Source: a virus (Duplodnaviria > Heunggongvirae > Uroviricota > Caudoviricetes). Taken from it: a stretch of DNA of 64,000 bases. Of the stretch, positions 17,650 through 27,362 are shown piece after piece; the first letter of the stretch is position 1; every line of letters begins with the position of its first letter. The stretch lies in the IMG/VR virus record IMGVR_UViG_2937414065_000001; one strand, given 5' to 3'. The notes below the pieces were generated by a model. It had not been told where the DNA came from. It made no database searches and saw only the letters and a list, made by a program, of their open reading frames with translations. The translations under genes and the position numbers were made by a program.

Positions 17650-20022
17650 ATGTCCAAAGCCATGACCAGATCTGTGCTGAAAGAGGTACAGGACTTCCGC
17701 GACTGCGTAAAACGAGTTGTAGCGATGCTATCAGGTAAACAGATACCTGTTGCAGAGCGAGGCAATGAAGCATATGTCCGCTACAACCGGCGCGGCGAAC
17801 CAGTGCTGGTAAACATCCCATCTATACCGGACGACGCGTCACCAACCCTCATGAACGCAGTGCGTGGTTTTCTCGACCATGAGGTAGCCCATATCCTCTT
17901 TACTGATCCGAAAGTCGCAATGAAGATGCGCGAGAAAGGAAAGGCTCCGTCTACCGGGCTTTGGAACGCGCTGGAAGACGTTTTTATTGAACGCAGAATG
18001 GGACAGGTATTCAACGGAACCCGTCGCAATTTGCTTGCCACACAGAACCTGGTGATCAACAAATACTTCAAGGGCAAAGTGTCAGAGGCGGTTTCAATCT
18101 GCCACGGCAACCAGCGTGAATTGTTCCTGAAATTCTTCCTTTGCCCGGTCGTTCGCGCCTGGGATGGCCAAAGCCCTTTCATCGACTTTATGGAAGAACA
18201 CTGGCACCTCATCGATAAGCCTGTAGCCTTGCTCAAAGAGCATGGTATCGACGTGGCCGTTCGCAATATGTCGAACACAGAAGACTGCGTGAAGGTAGCA
18301 GCTGCTATCGCCCAAATCATGCAGGATATGAAAGACAAGCCAGAGGGCAATTTACCAGAGCTTAAATCGTCTGCTAGGAAGCCGTCGAAGAGTGAGGATG
18401 AGTCAGAGGAAACCCCAGAAGCCGATGACGAACCGACTCATAGTGAATCAGCACCAAAGCGTACTAAAGGCGAAGACGACGACAAGGAAGAGCAAGAAGA
18501 TGATACCTCAGAAGAGGAAGAGTCTGGGGATTCTGATTTGCCTGAATCAGTAGATAAGGACTTACCTACAGAAGATAAAAAAATTAGTGATACAGAAAGT
18601 AAATATACAGAAGCAGGCGAAGAGGAATCAGGAGCCCCCCCAGAATCCGATGATGCCGGCATGGAATCAGGTGATTCTGATGACGAAGGTGGTAGTGATG
18701 ACACTGGCTCTCCAACGCCTGGTGATGGCATTCGCGAAGACGCCGATGACTCCGATGGTTATGGCTCTGGCGCCGCTGGCGATGGGGATAGTGATAGTAA
18801 TGACGGCGAAGACTCCGATGCCGGTCACGGGGAGTCGGAAGGAGAAGGCGAAGAGGAAGATGATGCCGCCGATCACACAGACGGCGAAGGTAAAGAAAAT
18901 GAGGATGCCGCGGAAGCGCCTGAAGACAGTGAGTCAGGCTTTGTTCCTGCTCCGGATGAAATGACTTTGGAGGACGCACTCAAGGCGCTCGACGAGATGG
19001 AAGACGGAACAGGCGAAATGACCGAAGACGCACTGTCGGCCACCATCAGCAAAGAGCTTATGAGCACCTCACTTTCTGAGTATCGCCCATACGATCGTTC
19101 ATACGACTTTATCGGGTTGATTGATGAGGCTGAAGAGCATGTAAAGCGCACCAGAAAGACGTTCGGCGCAATCCCAATGCACTCACCGGTCGATCGCTAC
19201 CGCATGGTTCCGGAAGGCAGAAAGCTCTTTGAACTGAAAATCGAAAAACATCTGTCAGCAGGCGTTTCTTCGACTCTGGCCAAAGACCTGGAGCGAGCTA
19301 TCGCCAGCCGCAACCGAGTTCAGTTTATCCCAGGCCAGAGACGTGGGCGGATACATGGCGCGAACCTGTATCGTCTGGCAATGAACGACGACCGCGTGTT
19401 CCGCAAGAAAGAAGACCACAGAGCGGTGAACGCGTGCGTCCAGCAGGTGATCGACTTGTCCGGCTCAATGGGCGGCAGGAAGATTCAACTGGCACTCGCC
19501 AGCGCCTACACCATTGCGGATGCTCTGGATCGTATCAATGTGCCTAACATCATCACCGGCTTTACCACGTTTGGTAGCCCAGATTATGAAACCATGTCGA
19601 AGCGCGGGTTTACTCGTTTCGAGGCGCTAATGCTGCCCATTATCAAAAACTGGAATGAGAAAGCCAACTCTCCAGAGATCCGCGCCCGCATGGGCTGCGT
19701 GTGTGAGACGTTCCCCCTGCTCAATAACGTCGATGGTGAGAGCGTCGCGCAGCTGGCGACTCTGTTTGCAGGGCGAATGGAGGACAAGAAGATCATGCTG
19801 GTTATGAGCGACGGGGCGCCATGTGCTGCAGGCGATGGGTTCCATCAGCATTTGCGAACCGTCACCAAAGAAATTGAGACGTTGAGTGACATCGATTTGA
19901 TGGCTATCGGCGTTCTGACCGACGCACCACGGCGTTACTACAAAAATTACGCACTGGTAAACAGCGTAGAAGAGTTAGGGCCGTCAGTCGTCACAGAGCT
20001 ATCTCGTATCATTCTTGGGTAA
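17650..20022 (+). CDS. CobT-like vWA-domain protein with a ~200-aa hyper-acidic (D/E/S/G) low-complexity region
   Basis: C-terminal vWA region (VIDLSGSMGG...MSDGAP). Acidic run at about 18340-18960. Paired with a downstream MoxR/CobS-type AAA ATPase. The ORF extends to a GTG at 17596, but motif A lies inside that extension, so ATG 17650 is preferred. Confidence 0.6.
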   Translation: MSKAMTRSVLKEVQDFRDCVKRVVAMLSGKQIPVAERGNEAYVRYNRRGEPVLVNIPSIPDDASPTLMNAVRGFLDHEVAHILFTDPKVAMKMREKGKAPSTGLWNALEDVFIERRMGQVFNGTRRNLLATQNLVINKYFKGKVSEAVSICHGNQRELFLKFFLCPVVRAWDGQSPFIDFMEEHWHLIDKPVALLKEHGIDVAVRNMSNTEDCVKVAAAIAQIMQDMKDKPEGNLPELKSSARKPSKSEDESEETPEADDEPTHSESAPKRTKGEDDDKEEQEDDTSEEEESGDSDLPESVDKDLPTEDKKISDTESKYTEAGEEESGAPPESDDAGMESGDSDDEGGSDDTGSPTPGDGIREDADDSDGYGSGAAGDGDSDSNDGEDSDAGHGESEGEGEEEDDAADHTDGEGKENEDAAEAPEDSESGFVPAPDEMTLEDALKALDEMEDGTGEMTEDALSATISKELMSTSLSEYRPYDRSYDFIGLIDEAEEHVKRTRKTFGAIPMHSPVDRYRMVPEGRKLFELKIEKHLSAGVSSTLAKDLERAIASRNRVQFIPGQRRGRIHGANLYRLAMNDDRVFRKKEDHRAVNACVQQVIDLSGSMGGRKIQLALASAYTIADALDRINVPNIITGFTTFGSPDYETMSKRGFTRFEALMLPIIKNWNEKANSPEIRARMGCVCETFPLLNNVDGESVAQLATLFAGRMEDKKIMLVMSDGAPCAAGDGFHQHLRTVTKEIETLSDIDLMAIGVLTDAPRRYYKNYALVNSVEELGPSVVTELSRIILG

Positions 20023-20118
20023 TTGGTTTACCCGTAAAAATAAGTAATCACTTACTATACAGCCTAATATATTTATATAAGATATACCCCACGAACGACA
20101 AACAGTAAGGAAAAACAC

Positions 20119-21354
20119 ATGACCGCTACTGCACTACAGCAAGAAGAACATTTGCCGGAAGCCATCGTCTGCAAGTGGTGTGGCAAATCCTTTCATTACC
20201 TGAAATCCCATATCTCTATGGGCCGCTGCGAGAACATTCCTGAGTCCGCGAAAGGTCTGGACGTGGACGAGGTGGTGAAAATGTACACTACTGCGTTTCC
20301 GGATGAACCAACGATCTCTCGCACGGCACTGGCCAAACTCAATGAGAAGCGTGCCGAAAAGCATTCAGGTGAAGGAAAAGTGGCGGACATTAGCGCACAT
20401 CCGGGCTACGCAGGAACGGTCGAATACAAGACCGAACTGGTGGCCGCGCACGAGCTGCTTGGCGTAACGATCAAAGAGCTGGGAACGCCACGCGGAAAAC
20501 CACTACAGGTGACAGTAAACGTCAACACGCCATATCCGGAGTTCGTACCGGAAGCGAAGAAGAACTATGTGTATGGCGACTTCGACCTGATTAAAGACAT
20601 CTTCATGATGCTGGAAATCGGAATCCCAGGCTATCTCTGGGGTCATGCAGGAACCGGTAAATCTTCTCTTCCTACGCAGCTATGCGCCCTGCTGAATCGA
20701 CCACTGATCCGCGCCCAGCATACGGCGTCTATGGAAGAAGCACACGTTACAGGCCAGATCCTCGCTCGCGATGGCTCCACCTACTTCGAGCCTGGTTTGC
20801 TGGCGCTGGCGATGAAAAATGGCTGGGTGTACCTCGCTGATGAATATGACTTCGCGTTCCCGCAGATTCTGGGTGTGTACCAGCCAGTTCTTGAAGGAGA
20901 ACCGCTGATCATCAAAGAGGCAACTCCGGACTGGCGCCGTATCACTCCGCATAAACGCTTTGCCTTCATTGGCACTGGCAACACTAACGGCTCTGGCGAC
21001 GAAACGGGTCTCTATCAAGGAACGAACATCCAGAACGCGGCGAACTTCTCGCGCTTCGGCATTGTTTCGAACGTGAAGTACATGAGCACTAAGGCTGAAG
21101 TCAACATGCTGGCTGAGGCTGGCGTCATCCGCGAATACGCCGAGAAGATGGTGAAATTCGCGAATCTTGTCCGTGAAGGTTATGAACAGCATCTGATCTG
21201 CCAGCCAATCGGCCCTCGCGAGCTGCTGCTGTCCGCAAAAATCGGAATGATGCGCGGTGATTTCTCTGCCGGCATCGAAAAGTCGTTTATCAATAAACTT
21301 CCATCCACGTCTGCACAGGCAGCGCGTGAAGTGGTTCAGAAGATCTTCGGTTAA
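20119..21354 (+). CDS. CobS/MoxR-like AAA+ ATPase
   Basis: Walker A GHAGTGKSS. Walker B VYLADEYD. N-terminal CxxC...C zinc-ribbon-like segment. Confidence 0.65.
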   Translation: MTATALQQEEHLPEAIVCKWCGKSFHYLKSHISMGRCENIPESAKGLDVDEVVKMYTTAFPDEPTISRTALAKLNEKRAEKHSGEGKVADISAHPGYAGTVEYKTELVAAHELLGVTIKELGTPRGKPLQVTVNVNTPYPEFVPEAKKNYVYGDFDLIKDIFMMLEIGIPGYLWGHAGTGKSSLPTQLCALLNRPLIRAQHTASMEEAHVTGQILARDGSTYFEPGLLALAMKNGWVYLADEYDFAFPQILGVYQPVLEGEPLIIKEATPDWRRITPHKRFAFIGTGNTNGSGDETGLYQGTNIQNAANFSRFGIVSNVKYMSTKAEVNMLAEAGVIREYAEKMVKFANLVREGYEQHLICQPIGPRELLLSAKIGMMRGDFSAGIEKSFINKLPSTSAQAAREVVQKIFG

Positions 21355-21534
21355 TCGTGCGTAAAGGATGTTTCGGCTCTCTTATCGCAGCGTCTGAAAC
21401 TGGCCGGGCTTGTCTGGCGTGTCCGGATAGGCCCGAGTGCCACCAGTCAGCCAAAGAGGTTGCGATTTCGATGTATGGGAAGTTCGTTGGCTTCCCCAAT
21501 GACAAAATCAAGAAAACCAGAAAGGTAAAAACAC

Positions 21535-23898
21535 ATGAAGGCTCTGATGGTCAGAACTGACTTCTCCCTGGGAGAGTCGGCTCTAAAAGCAGAAAACGCG
21601 GTGAGAATCGCGAGAGACGCTGGCTACACCGCTGTCATTTCCGCTGACAGCATGAACATTGCCAGTGTGATCCCCTTGCAACGTGCCGCTGGCGACGACA
21701 TGGCGGTTATTTGTGGTGTTAAGCTGAATGTTGTCGACGATCCGACATACGAGCACCGCTCCCGCCTTGCGAAAGAGTCAGGGGGATGTATGGAATCATT
21801 GATACGTGATCGCAGCTACTGCTTCACGGCACTGATAAAGAATGAGCAAGGTTATCGCGACGTGTGCGAACTGATGACCTTAGCCAACAAGCGCGAGCAA
21901 TTCTACTTTGTCCCGCGTCTGGCGCTTGACCAGCTGGCGGCCGCATATGCCAAAGGCAACATCATCCTGCTGACGTCTGACATTGGCAGTGTATTCCAGC
22001 GCCGGGACTTCGCAAAGATTATCGGGACGCTGGTGACAGCTGGAGGACGCGATAACTTCTACAGCGTGGTTTATCCGCACCCTACCCCATTCTACGACCA
22101 GATTAACGTCCGGGCGATGAAAGTGGCGAGCGCACTGAAAATAGAGCCAGTGGCGTTCTATCCCGCTTATTACGAAGCGGTCGACGACGCTGACATTAAA
22201 GACATTGCGCACATGGTTACGAACAACATCAAAATCGACCAGCCGCATCGTCTGCGTATTCCCCACCAGCGAGATAACGCCGTTAATGGTCGCCGCCATC
22301 TCCTTGAAGCGCTGAAAGCCTTCTCCGTTCGAATGGATGTGCCGGTAACAGCTGCAATGGCCTCAACAACGCAGGACACCATTATTGAAGCCTGCACATG
22401 GCGCTGGCATGAATTGCCACCAGCACTGCCCAAGATGGCAGACGACGAGCCTGCAACGCTGATGAAGCTGGCTGTCGCGGGGCTGCGCAAGCGTCTTACT
22501 ACCAAAGAGTTTGGCTACACACCACCGGCTTCTGAGCACCGTGTGTATGTTGATCGCCTGAAGTACGAAATGGACACGCTGACCCGCCTGGGCTTCTGTG
22601 GCTACTTCCTAATGGTGCGCGACCTGATGAATCACAGTCGTGAAACTGGCATTCCTGTCGGGCCAGGTCGTGGTTCCTCTGCCGGGTCTCTGGTGGCGTG
22701 GTGCATAGGCATAACCAACGTTGATCCTATCCGTCACGGTCTTCTGTTTGAGCGTTTCATTAACCCTGAACGTCTCGACTTGCCGGATGCGGATCTGGAC
22801 TTCAGCCAGGCACGTCGTCATGAGGTGATCGAGTATCTGAATGAACGCTATGGCGAAGATTACGTTGCCGGTATTCCGAACTTCACCTATCTGGGCGCTG
22901 CTTCGGCGCTGCGTGACACTGCGCGTATTTACGGTGTCGACACTGCGGATATGGCGGTATCCAAAGAGTTCAAGAATCTGGAAGACGATAGCCTGTCGCT
23001 GGAAGAGCTGCGCGAGCAACTGGCCAGCCTGGACAAATACGCCACGAAAAACCCGGAAGCGTTCAAAGCGGCGTGTAAGCTGCAAAGCCTGATGCGTGGT
23101 TTTGGTCGTCACGCTGCGGGGATGATCGTCGCTGGTGTTCCATTGGTAGAGCGCACGCCCGTCGAGCTGCGTGGCAATGCTCGCTGTATTGCGTTCGATA
23201 AACGTTACTGCGAGGCGATGGGGCTGATTAAGCTGGACGTTCTCGGTCTGGCAACGCTCGATCTGCTGGATAGCGCGAAACGCTACATCAAAGAGAGTAC
23301 CGGGGAAGACATCAACCTCGACGCCATTCCACTCGACGACCGCAAAGTTCTGGATGGTTTCGCAGCTGGCTACACACAGGGCGTCTTCCAGCTGGAATCT
23401 GGCCCAATGCGCAAGCTGCTTAAAGATCTGGGTAGCGGTATCGAGCCAATGAGCTTTAAAACGGTTGTCGCGACCACCGCGCTCTTCCGCCCCGGCCCCA
23501 TCCAGTCAGGCATGTTGGATGACTACGTTTCTGTGGCCAAAGGCTTCATGCCACCACATTCCATTCACCCACGTCTTGAGGAAACAACCAAAGAAACTAA
23601 CGGCGTTTTGCTCTACCAAGAGCAAATTATGAAAAGCTCTCGTGTACTCGCTGGATTCTCTATGGCAGAGGCTGATGCTCTGCGTTCCGCTATCGGTAAA
23701 AAGAATATGGAAAAAATGAAAACGATCGGCGGAGATTTTGTAGAACGCGCTCAAGCAGGCTGGGTGACACTGTCACTTGAAAATGGAAGCACAGTAGAAG
23801 TTCATAAAAAAGCCAAGCTGATGTGCTCTGACGGCAAGCGCAGAACCTATGACGAAGCGATACGAGACAACGCTGATATTGTTGATTTTGGAGTTTGA
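21535..23898 (+). CDS. dnaE: DNA polymerase III alpha subunit (DnaE), N-terminal fragment: PHP, palm and fingers, then a ~45-aa non-homologous tail
   Basis: Pol III alpha palm signature GYFLMVRDLMNHSRETGIPVGPGRGSSAGSLVAWCIGITNVDP. Homology ends near ...AQAG at about 23760. The ORF stops at 23898, where the HNH gene begins. Confidence 0.85.
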   Translation: MKALMVRTDFSLGESALKAENAVRIARDAGYTAVISADSMNIASVIPLQRAAGDDMAVICGVKLNVVDDPTYEHRSRLAKESGGCMESLIRDRSYCFTALIKNEQGYRDVCELMTLANKREQFYFVPRLALDQLAAAYAKGNIILLTSDIGSVFQRRDFAKIIGTLVTAGGRDNFYSVVYPHPTPFYDQINVRAMKVASALKIEPVAFYPAYYEAVDDADIKDIAHMVTNNIKIDQPHRLRIPHQRDNAVNGRRHLLEALKAFSVRMDVPVTAAMASTTQDTIIEACTWRWHELPPALPKMADDEPATLMKLAVAGLRKRLTTKEFGYTPPASEHRVYVDRLKYEMDTLTRLGFCGYFLMVRDLMNHSRETGIPVGPGRGSSAGSLVAWCIGITNVDPIRHGLLFERFINPERLDLPDADLDFSQARRHEVIEYLNERYGEDYVAGIPNFTYLGAASALRDTARIYGVDTADMAVSKEFKNLEDDSLSLEELREQLASLDKYATKNPEAFKAACKLQSLMRGFGRHAAGMIVAGVPLVERTPVELRGNARCIAFDKRYCEAMGLIKLDVLGLATLDLLDSAKRYIKESTGEDINLDAIPLDDRKVLDGFAAGYTQGVFQLESGPMRKLLKDLGSGIEPMSFKTVVATTALFRPGPIQSGMLDDYVSVAKGFMPPHSIHPRLEETTKETNGVLLYQEQIMKSSRVLAGFSMAEADALRSAIGKKNMEKMKTIGGDFVERAQAGWVTLSLENGSTVEVHKKAKLMCSDGKRRTYDEAIRDNADIVDFGV

Positions 23899-24596
23899 CG
23901 GTGGAAGAAGTTTGGAAATCTATTCCTGAATTTGAAGGTTATTATGAAGCATCCAGTTTGGGGCGCATTCGTTCGTTGGATGTTATCCAAACAAGCCCCA
24001 AAGGTGTCAAATGGGTAAAAAAAGGTCAAATACTTAAACCTCGTGTAATCAATGCCTTTGGACATCTGGGGGTGAAACTAAGCGTTAAGGGAATCAAATG
24101 CGACCGAACAGTTCATTATCTTGTTGCGACAGCGTTCCACGGAGAACGGCCAGAAGGCTTGCTTATTCGTCATCTTGACGGAGACCCAACAAACAATGCG
24201 CCCTGCAATCTCGCATATGGCACTCAAGTCGACAACATGGCTGACGCCATTGCACACGATACCGTAGAGTTTGGCGAGAGGCGCTATAACGCCAAGCTGA
24301 CCAACGAAGTAGTCATTGCTATTCGCATTAAAAAGTCCAAAGGCGCGCTGAACAAAGAGTTGGCGGCCGAATATGGCTTAACTGAGCTTTACATTCACCA
24401 TATCGTCACCGGAAAGAAATGGGCACGAGTTGGCGGGCCGATCGCTCTTTCAAGAGCATCCAAAAAGCTGGATGCCGAAACGAGAGCTGAGGTGGTTGCA
24501 TTGCGCAAGGCTGGCGCAACCTATGAAAAGCTGCGAGAAAAATTCGGCATATCTAACACACAAATCGCAAATATCTTAAAAAAAGCAAGCATTTGA
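23895..24596 (+). CDS. HNH homing endonuclease (NUMOD4 + HNH + NUMOD1-like)
   Basis: NUMOD4-like SIPEFEGYYEASSLGRIRS. HNH core HLDGDPTNNAPCNLAYGT. C-terminal helix-turn-helix-like segments. Confidence 0.8.
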   Translation: MTVEEVWKSIPEFEGYYEASSLGRIRSLDVIQTSPKGVKWVKKGQILKPRVINAFGHLGVKLSVKGIKCDRTVHYLVATAFHGERPEGLLIRHLDGDPTNNAPCNLAYGTQVDNMADAIAHDTVEFGERRYNAKLTNEVVIAIRIKKSKGALNKELAAEYGLTELYIHHIVTGKKWARVGGPIALSRASKKLDAETRAEVVALRKAGATYEKLREKFGISNTQIANILKKASI

Positions 24597-24615
24597 AGTT
24601 AACGACGGGGAAAAA

Positions 24616-25785
24616 ATGAAAATTGCCAAAGTTATTTCCGAGCAGGAGGGTCTTAGCGCTGAGAAGGCCCAGGAAATATGGGACGCCTTTGAAAAGTTCG
24701 GTGGCTATGCCTTTAACAAATCGCACTCTGTTGCTTATTCTTTAATCAGCTATCAGTCTATGTGGTTAAAGACACACTACCCTGCTGAGTTCTTCGCTGC
24801 TGCGCTCACCATTCTGGGCGAGGATAAGCACCAAGGGCTGGTTAAGGATGCGCTGACCTATGGCATTCGCGTATTGCCACCAGACGTTAACGTGTCATCT
24901 AACCGAATTGAGATCCGCACGCTGGAAGACGGCAGCCAGGTTCTGTATGCGCCCTTCTCTGCTGTGAAAGGCTGCTCTGAGAATGGTTGCCAGGCCATCA
25001 TGAGAGCGCGTGAGAAAGTTGGCGGCAAATTCGAGTCACTTGAGCAATTTGAGGAAGCGGTCGAGAAGCGTGCGTGCAACAGCCGGGTACGCGAGTCACT
25101 GCAAAAAGTAGGTGCGTTCGCATCGATTGAGCCTGGCAGTCTGCCAGCGACAGATCCGGAACGACTGCGCGACCAGGCAGAGTTGATGGGCAATCTGGTG
25201 ATCGACGCTGTAAAAGCCTCTCGACCGTTCGAGATGAACCCTAAGCGCTCTGCTGAAGTGAATGTACTGATGACTCGCATGGCGGCTGAAATGGGTCTGG
25301 GAGACGACCTGATCCGCCCAAGCATTGGCATTAAGCCGAAAATCATGGTCATTCTGGACAACGCGAACGGCAATGATGGGCGTACCGGTTACTTCATGGA
25401 GAACGGCTACGACGACTTTAAAGCGAAGTTGCTTACTGCAGGCGATCTGCGCATGGGCGATCTCTACGTCACCGGCGTGTGCAAAAAGGTGAAGGACAAA
25501 GAGAAGGACTACACCAAAGACGAGATCGGCCAGTTCACCGACTTTATGCGTGAAGAGATCAATCTGGTGCGTCCGACCTATGTGCTGACGTGTGGCAGTC
25601 GGGCGACGTCACTCTTCAACAACAAGAACAAACCATCCGACCTGGTTGGACGCAAAGAGTATCTGCCGGAGCTGGATGTGACCGTTTTCTACGGATTTAA
25701 CCCAAACATTTTGTACTTTCGCCCAGAAGAAGGCGAAAAGCTGGAAGCAATTCTGGCAGAGGTAGCGGAGACTATTAGCAAATGA
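24616..25785 (+). CDS. dnaE: DNA polymerase III alpha subunit (DnaE), C-terminal fragment
   Basis: Starts at the position that continues DnaE homology (FEKFGGYAFNKSHSVAYSLISYQSMWLKTHYPAEF). Has its own RBS GGGGAAAAA. Confidence 0.8.
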   Translation: MKIAKVISEQEGLSAEKAQEIWDAFEKFGGYAFNKSHSVAYSLISYQSMWLKTHYPAEFFAAALTILGEDKHQGLVKDALTYGIRVLPPDVNVSSNRIEIRTLEDGSQVLYAPFSAVKGCSENGCQAIMRAREKVGGKFESLEQFEEAVEKRACNSRVRESLQKVGAFASIEPGSLPATDPERLRDQAELMGNLVIDAVKASRPFEMNPKRSAEVNVLMTRMAAEMGLGDDLIRPSIGIKPKIMVILDNANGNDGRTGYFMENGYDDFKAKLLTAGDLRMGDLYVTGVCKKVKDKEKDYTKDEIGQFTDFMREEINLVRPTYVLTCGSRATSLFNNKNKPSDLVGRKEYLPELDVTVFYGFNPNILYFRPEEGEKLEAILAEVAETISK

Positions 25786-26225
25786 ATAAAGAGAACACCA
25801 TGAACGAGGCACAGAAGATTGCACAAGCGCTGGCGGCTATCCCAGCGGATTTTCAGGATAAAGCTGTTGCGGCCACCATGCGGTCGCAGTTCTGGGAAAT
25901 CATCGACTGCCCGGTCACGTTAGATCTGGCGCTGGCGTTCGCCGGGCTGGATGGTGCCGATAAAGTCAGTCGTCTGCGTAAATGTGCCAGAGCGCTGGCG
26001 CTTAAAACGCAAGATCCGAAGGCGTGCCAGTATCTGCTGGAGATTTACGAATCGGATAACCCAGAGGAACAGCTGGAGGCGTTCAAAGTGTTCCGCAATC
26101 GGCTGGTGCTGAAGGTGGCCAAAGAGTTTATGGAAGTGAACAAGATTGGTGATGTGAGACAGTACAGGTTGAAACGCCAGACCAGAGTCACACTATCCAA
26201 CATTTTTGGTAAGAAAGTCGCATAA
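25782..26225 (+). CDS. hypothetical protein (147 aa)
   Basis: ORF overlaps the dnaE-C stop; a terminator follows. Confidence 0.45.
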   Translation: MNKENTMNEAQKIAQALAAIPADFQDKAVAATMRSQFWEIIDCPVTLDLALAFAGLDGADKVSRLRKCARALALKTQDPKACQYLLEIYESDNPEEQLEAFKVFRNRLVLKVAKEFMEVNKIGDVRQYRLKRQTRVTLSNIFGKKVA

Positions 26226-26228
26226 AGC

Positions 26229-26256
26229 AAAAACCCGCCGATTGGCGGGTTTTTTC
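26229..26256. terminator. bidirectional rho-independent terminator
   Basis: AAAAACCCGCCGATTGGCGGGTTTTTT, between convergent genes. Confidence 0.7.
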
Positions 26257-26818
26257 ATGCGCATTCGGCGTGATGACGTCGACGTGCGATAAGTGAAGAA
26301 GCGATATGTTCAATCTCAACAAAGTCTTTTGAGACGCTATTGCGAAGGGCCAAATTCCACTTACTTAATACGCGAGCATTGTGTGCCAGCTCTGCGTTTT
26401 CTTTAAGGCGTCCATTGGCTTCAAGCCAGTTCGCCACATCAGCCCAATCCCACAGCGGGGACTGTCCCTGGATTCTCTGGATAGGGCAAGGGAAGTCGCC
26501 ACCACCACGAAGCCCATCTTTAAGCATGGTAATTGCTTGTCGAGACATGCCCGTCATTTCAGCTACATCGCTCAGGCCAACTAAGGCCGAGTCGACTGAT
26601 TCTACAATCGCGCCGATACCGGCAGATTCGATATTGTCGACCGCTGATGCAATGGCTGCATCCAGCGATTCGGCTTCGCGGTCGAACTCAACATAGACGG
26701 AGTTTCCATATGCGCAAACAATCGCATCGCCACAGCCGCTTTCGTACAGCGCATCTTCCAATCCTTCGGTCTCATAGGTTACGCCTGAGAGAGTCAGAGT
26801 GAAGTTATAAAGCGCCAT
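26255..26818 (-). CDS. hicB: HicB-like antitoxin fused to a C-terminal helix-turn-helix domain
   Basis: N-terminal ~100 aa resemble the HicB/RNase H-like fold. C-terminus MTGMSRQAITMLKDG is a helix-turn-helix. Lies immediately downstream of a HicA-like gene on the same strand. Confidence 0.5.
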   Translation of the reverse strand: MALYNFTLTLSGVTYETEGLEDALYESGCGDAIVCAYGNSVYVEFDREAESLDAAIASAVDNIESAGIGAIVESVDSALVGLSDVAEMTGMSRQAITMLKDGLRGGGDFPCPIQRIQGQSPLWDWADVANWLEANGRLKENAELAHNARVLSKWNLALRNSVSKDFVEIEHIASSLIARRRHHAECA

Positions 26819-26890
26819 AAAACCTCTTTATCTAAAGTGAAGTATTAATGTACCTTTGGAACAAATGGCGGCCAAAACCGCCACTAACTA

Positions 26891-27142
26891 CTATTTTTTG
26901 CTCATCTGGCTTTTGATACGGCCACACTGGTCGACCGCTTGCCTGATTTGCGTGGCATGGTGCTCCGGTACATCTGGAGTCGACCATACACTTCTGTGGT
27001 GACTTGTATGTTCACCTGATTTATCGCCGCAGCGCAGCTTGCAGAAGCAATGTGCTGACTTACCTGCTGGAACCCAAACCCAGCCTTTACTCAACGCGTA
27101 TTCAATGGCCTCTTGAATATGCTTATTCGGATGTGATTTCAT
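26891..27142 (-). CDS. hicA: HicA-like mRNA interferase toxin
   Basis: 83 aa; ...LSKGWVWVPAGKSAHCFCKLRCG matches the HicA GWV...GSH core. Confidence 0.55.
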   Translation of the reverse strand: MKSHPNKHIQEAIEYALSKGWVWVPAGKSAHCFCKLRCGDKSGEHTSHHRSVWSTPDVPEHHATQIRQAVDQCGRIKSQMSKK

Positions 27143-27362
27143 TTTCCTCCGATGTCATTATGATAGGTATAGTGTGAGCGCGTGTCAACACTGTCTATTT
27201 TCTGACGTCTACGGCCGCAGAAAACGGCTATAGATTATCAGAACACTCCCTGTTTTCATCAACTTACCTACCCTACACCCTAACTTCTTCCTTCTATAAG
27301 CTCCATCCTTCATTTCTTTCATGATAAAATTGATATAAAGAAATAAGCCGGAACCTATCAAA

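Noticed and set aside
18340-19151. Several minus-strand and alternative-frame ORFs (18438-18731, 18584-18979, 18587-18964, 18667-18876, 18873-19151) inside the vWA/CobT-like gene
   Set aside because: They lie within the D/E/S/G low-complexity coding tract (GAn/GGn/AGn-rich). Its complement and shifted frames are open by composition alone. Their proteins are S/P/R-rich with no features.
21357-21560. 67-aa ORF between the cobS-like gene and dnaE, overlapping the dnaE start
   Set aside because: Cys-rich and short, it overlaps the dnaE RBS and start with no RBS of its own. Possibly real but unsupported, so left unannotated.
23760-24620. Group I intron (with HNH ORF) or split intein as the explanation for the dnaE interruption
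   Set aside because: Only about 150 nt of non-ORF sequence flank the HNH gene, too little for a group I core. I could not find the conserved P/Q/R/S-like elements by eye. No intein block A (Cys/Ser start with TxxH) or block G (HN C-terminus) motifs lie at the junctions. I kept it as a test in the finding rather than a call.
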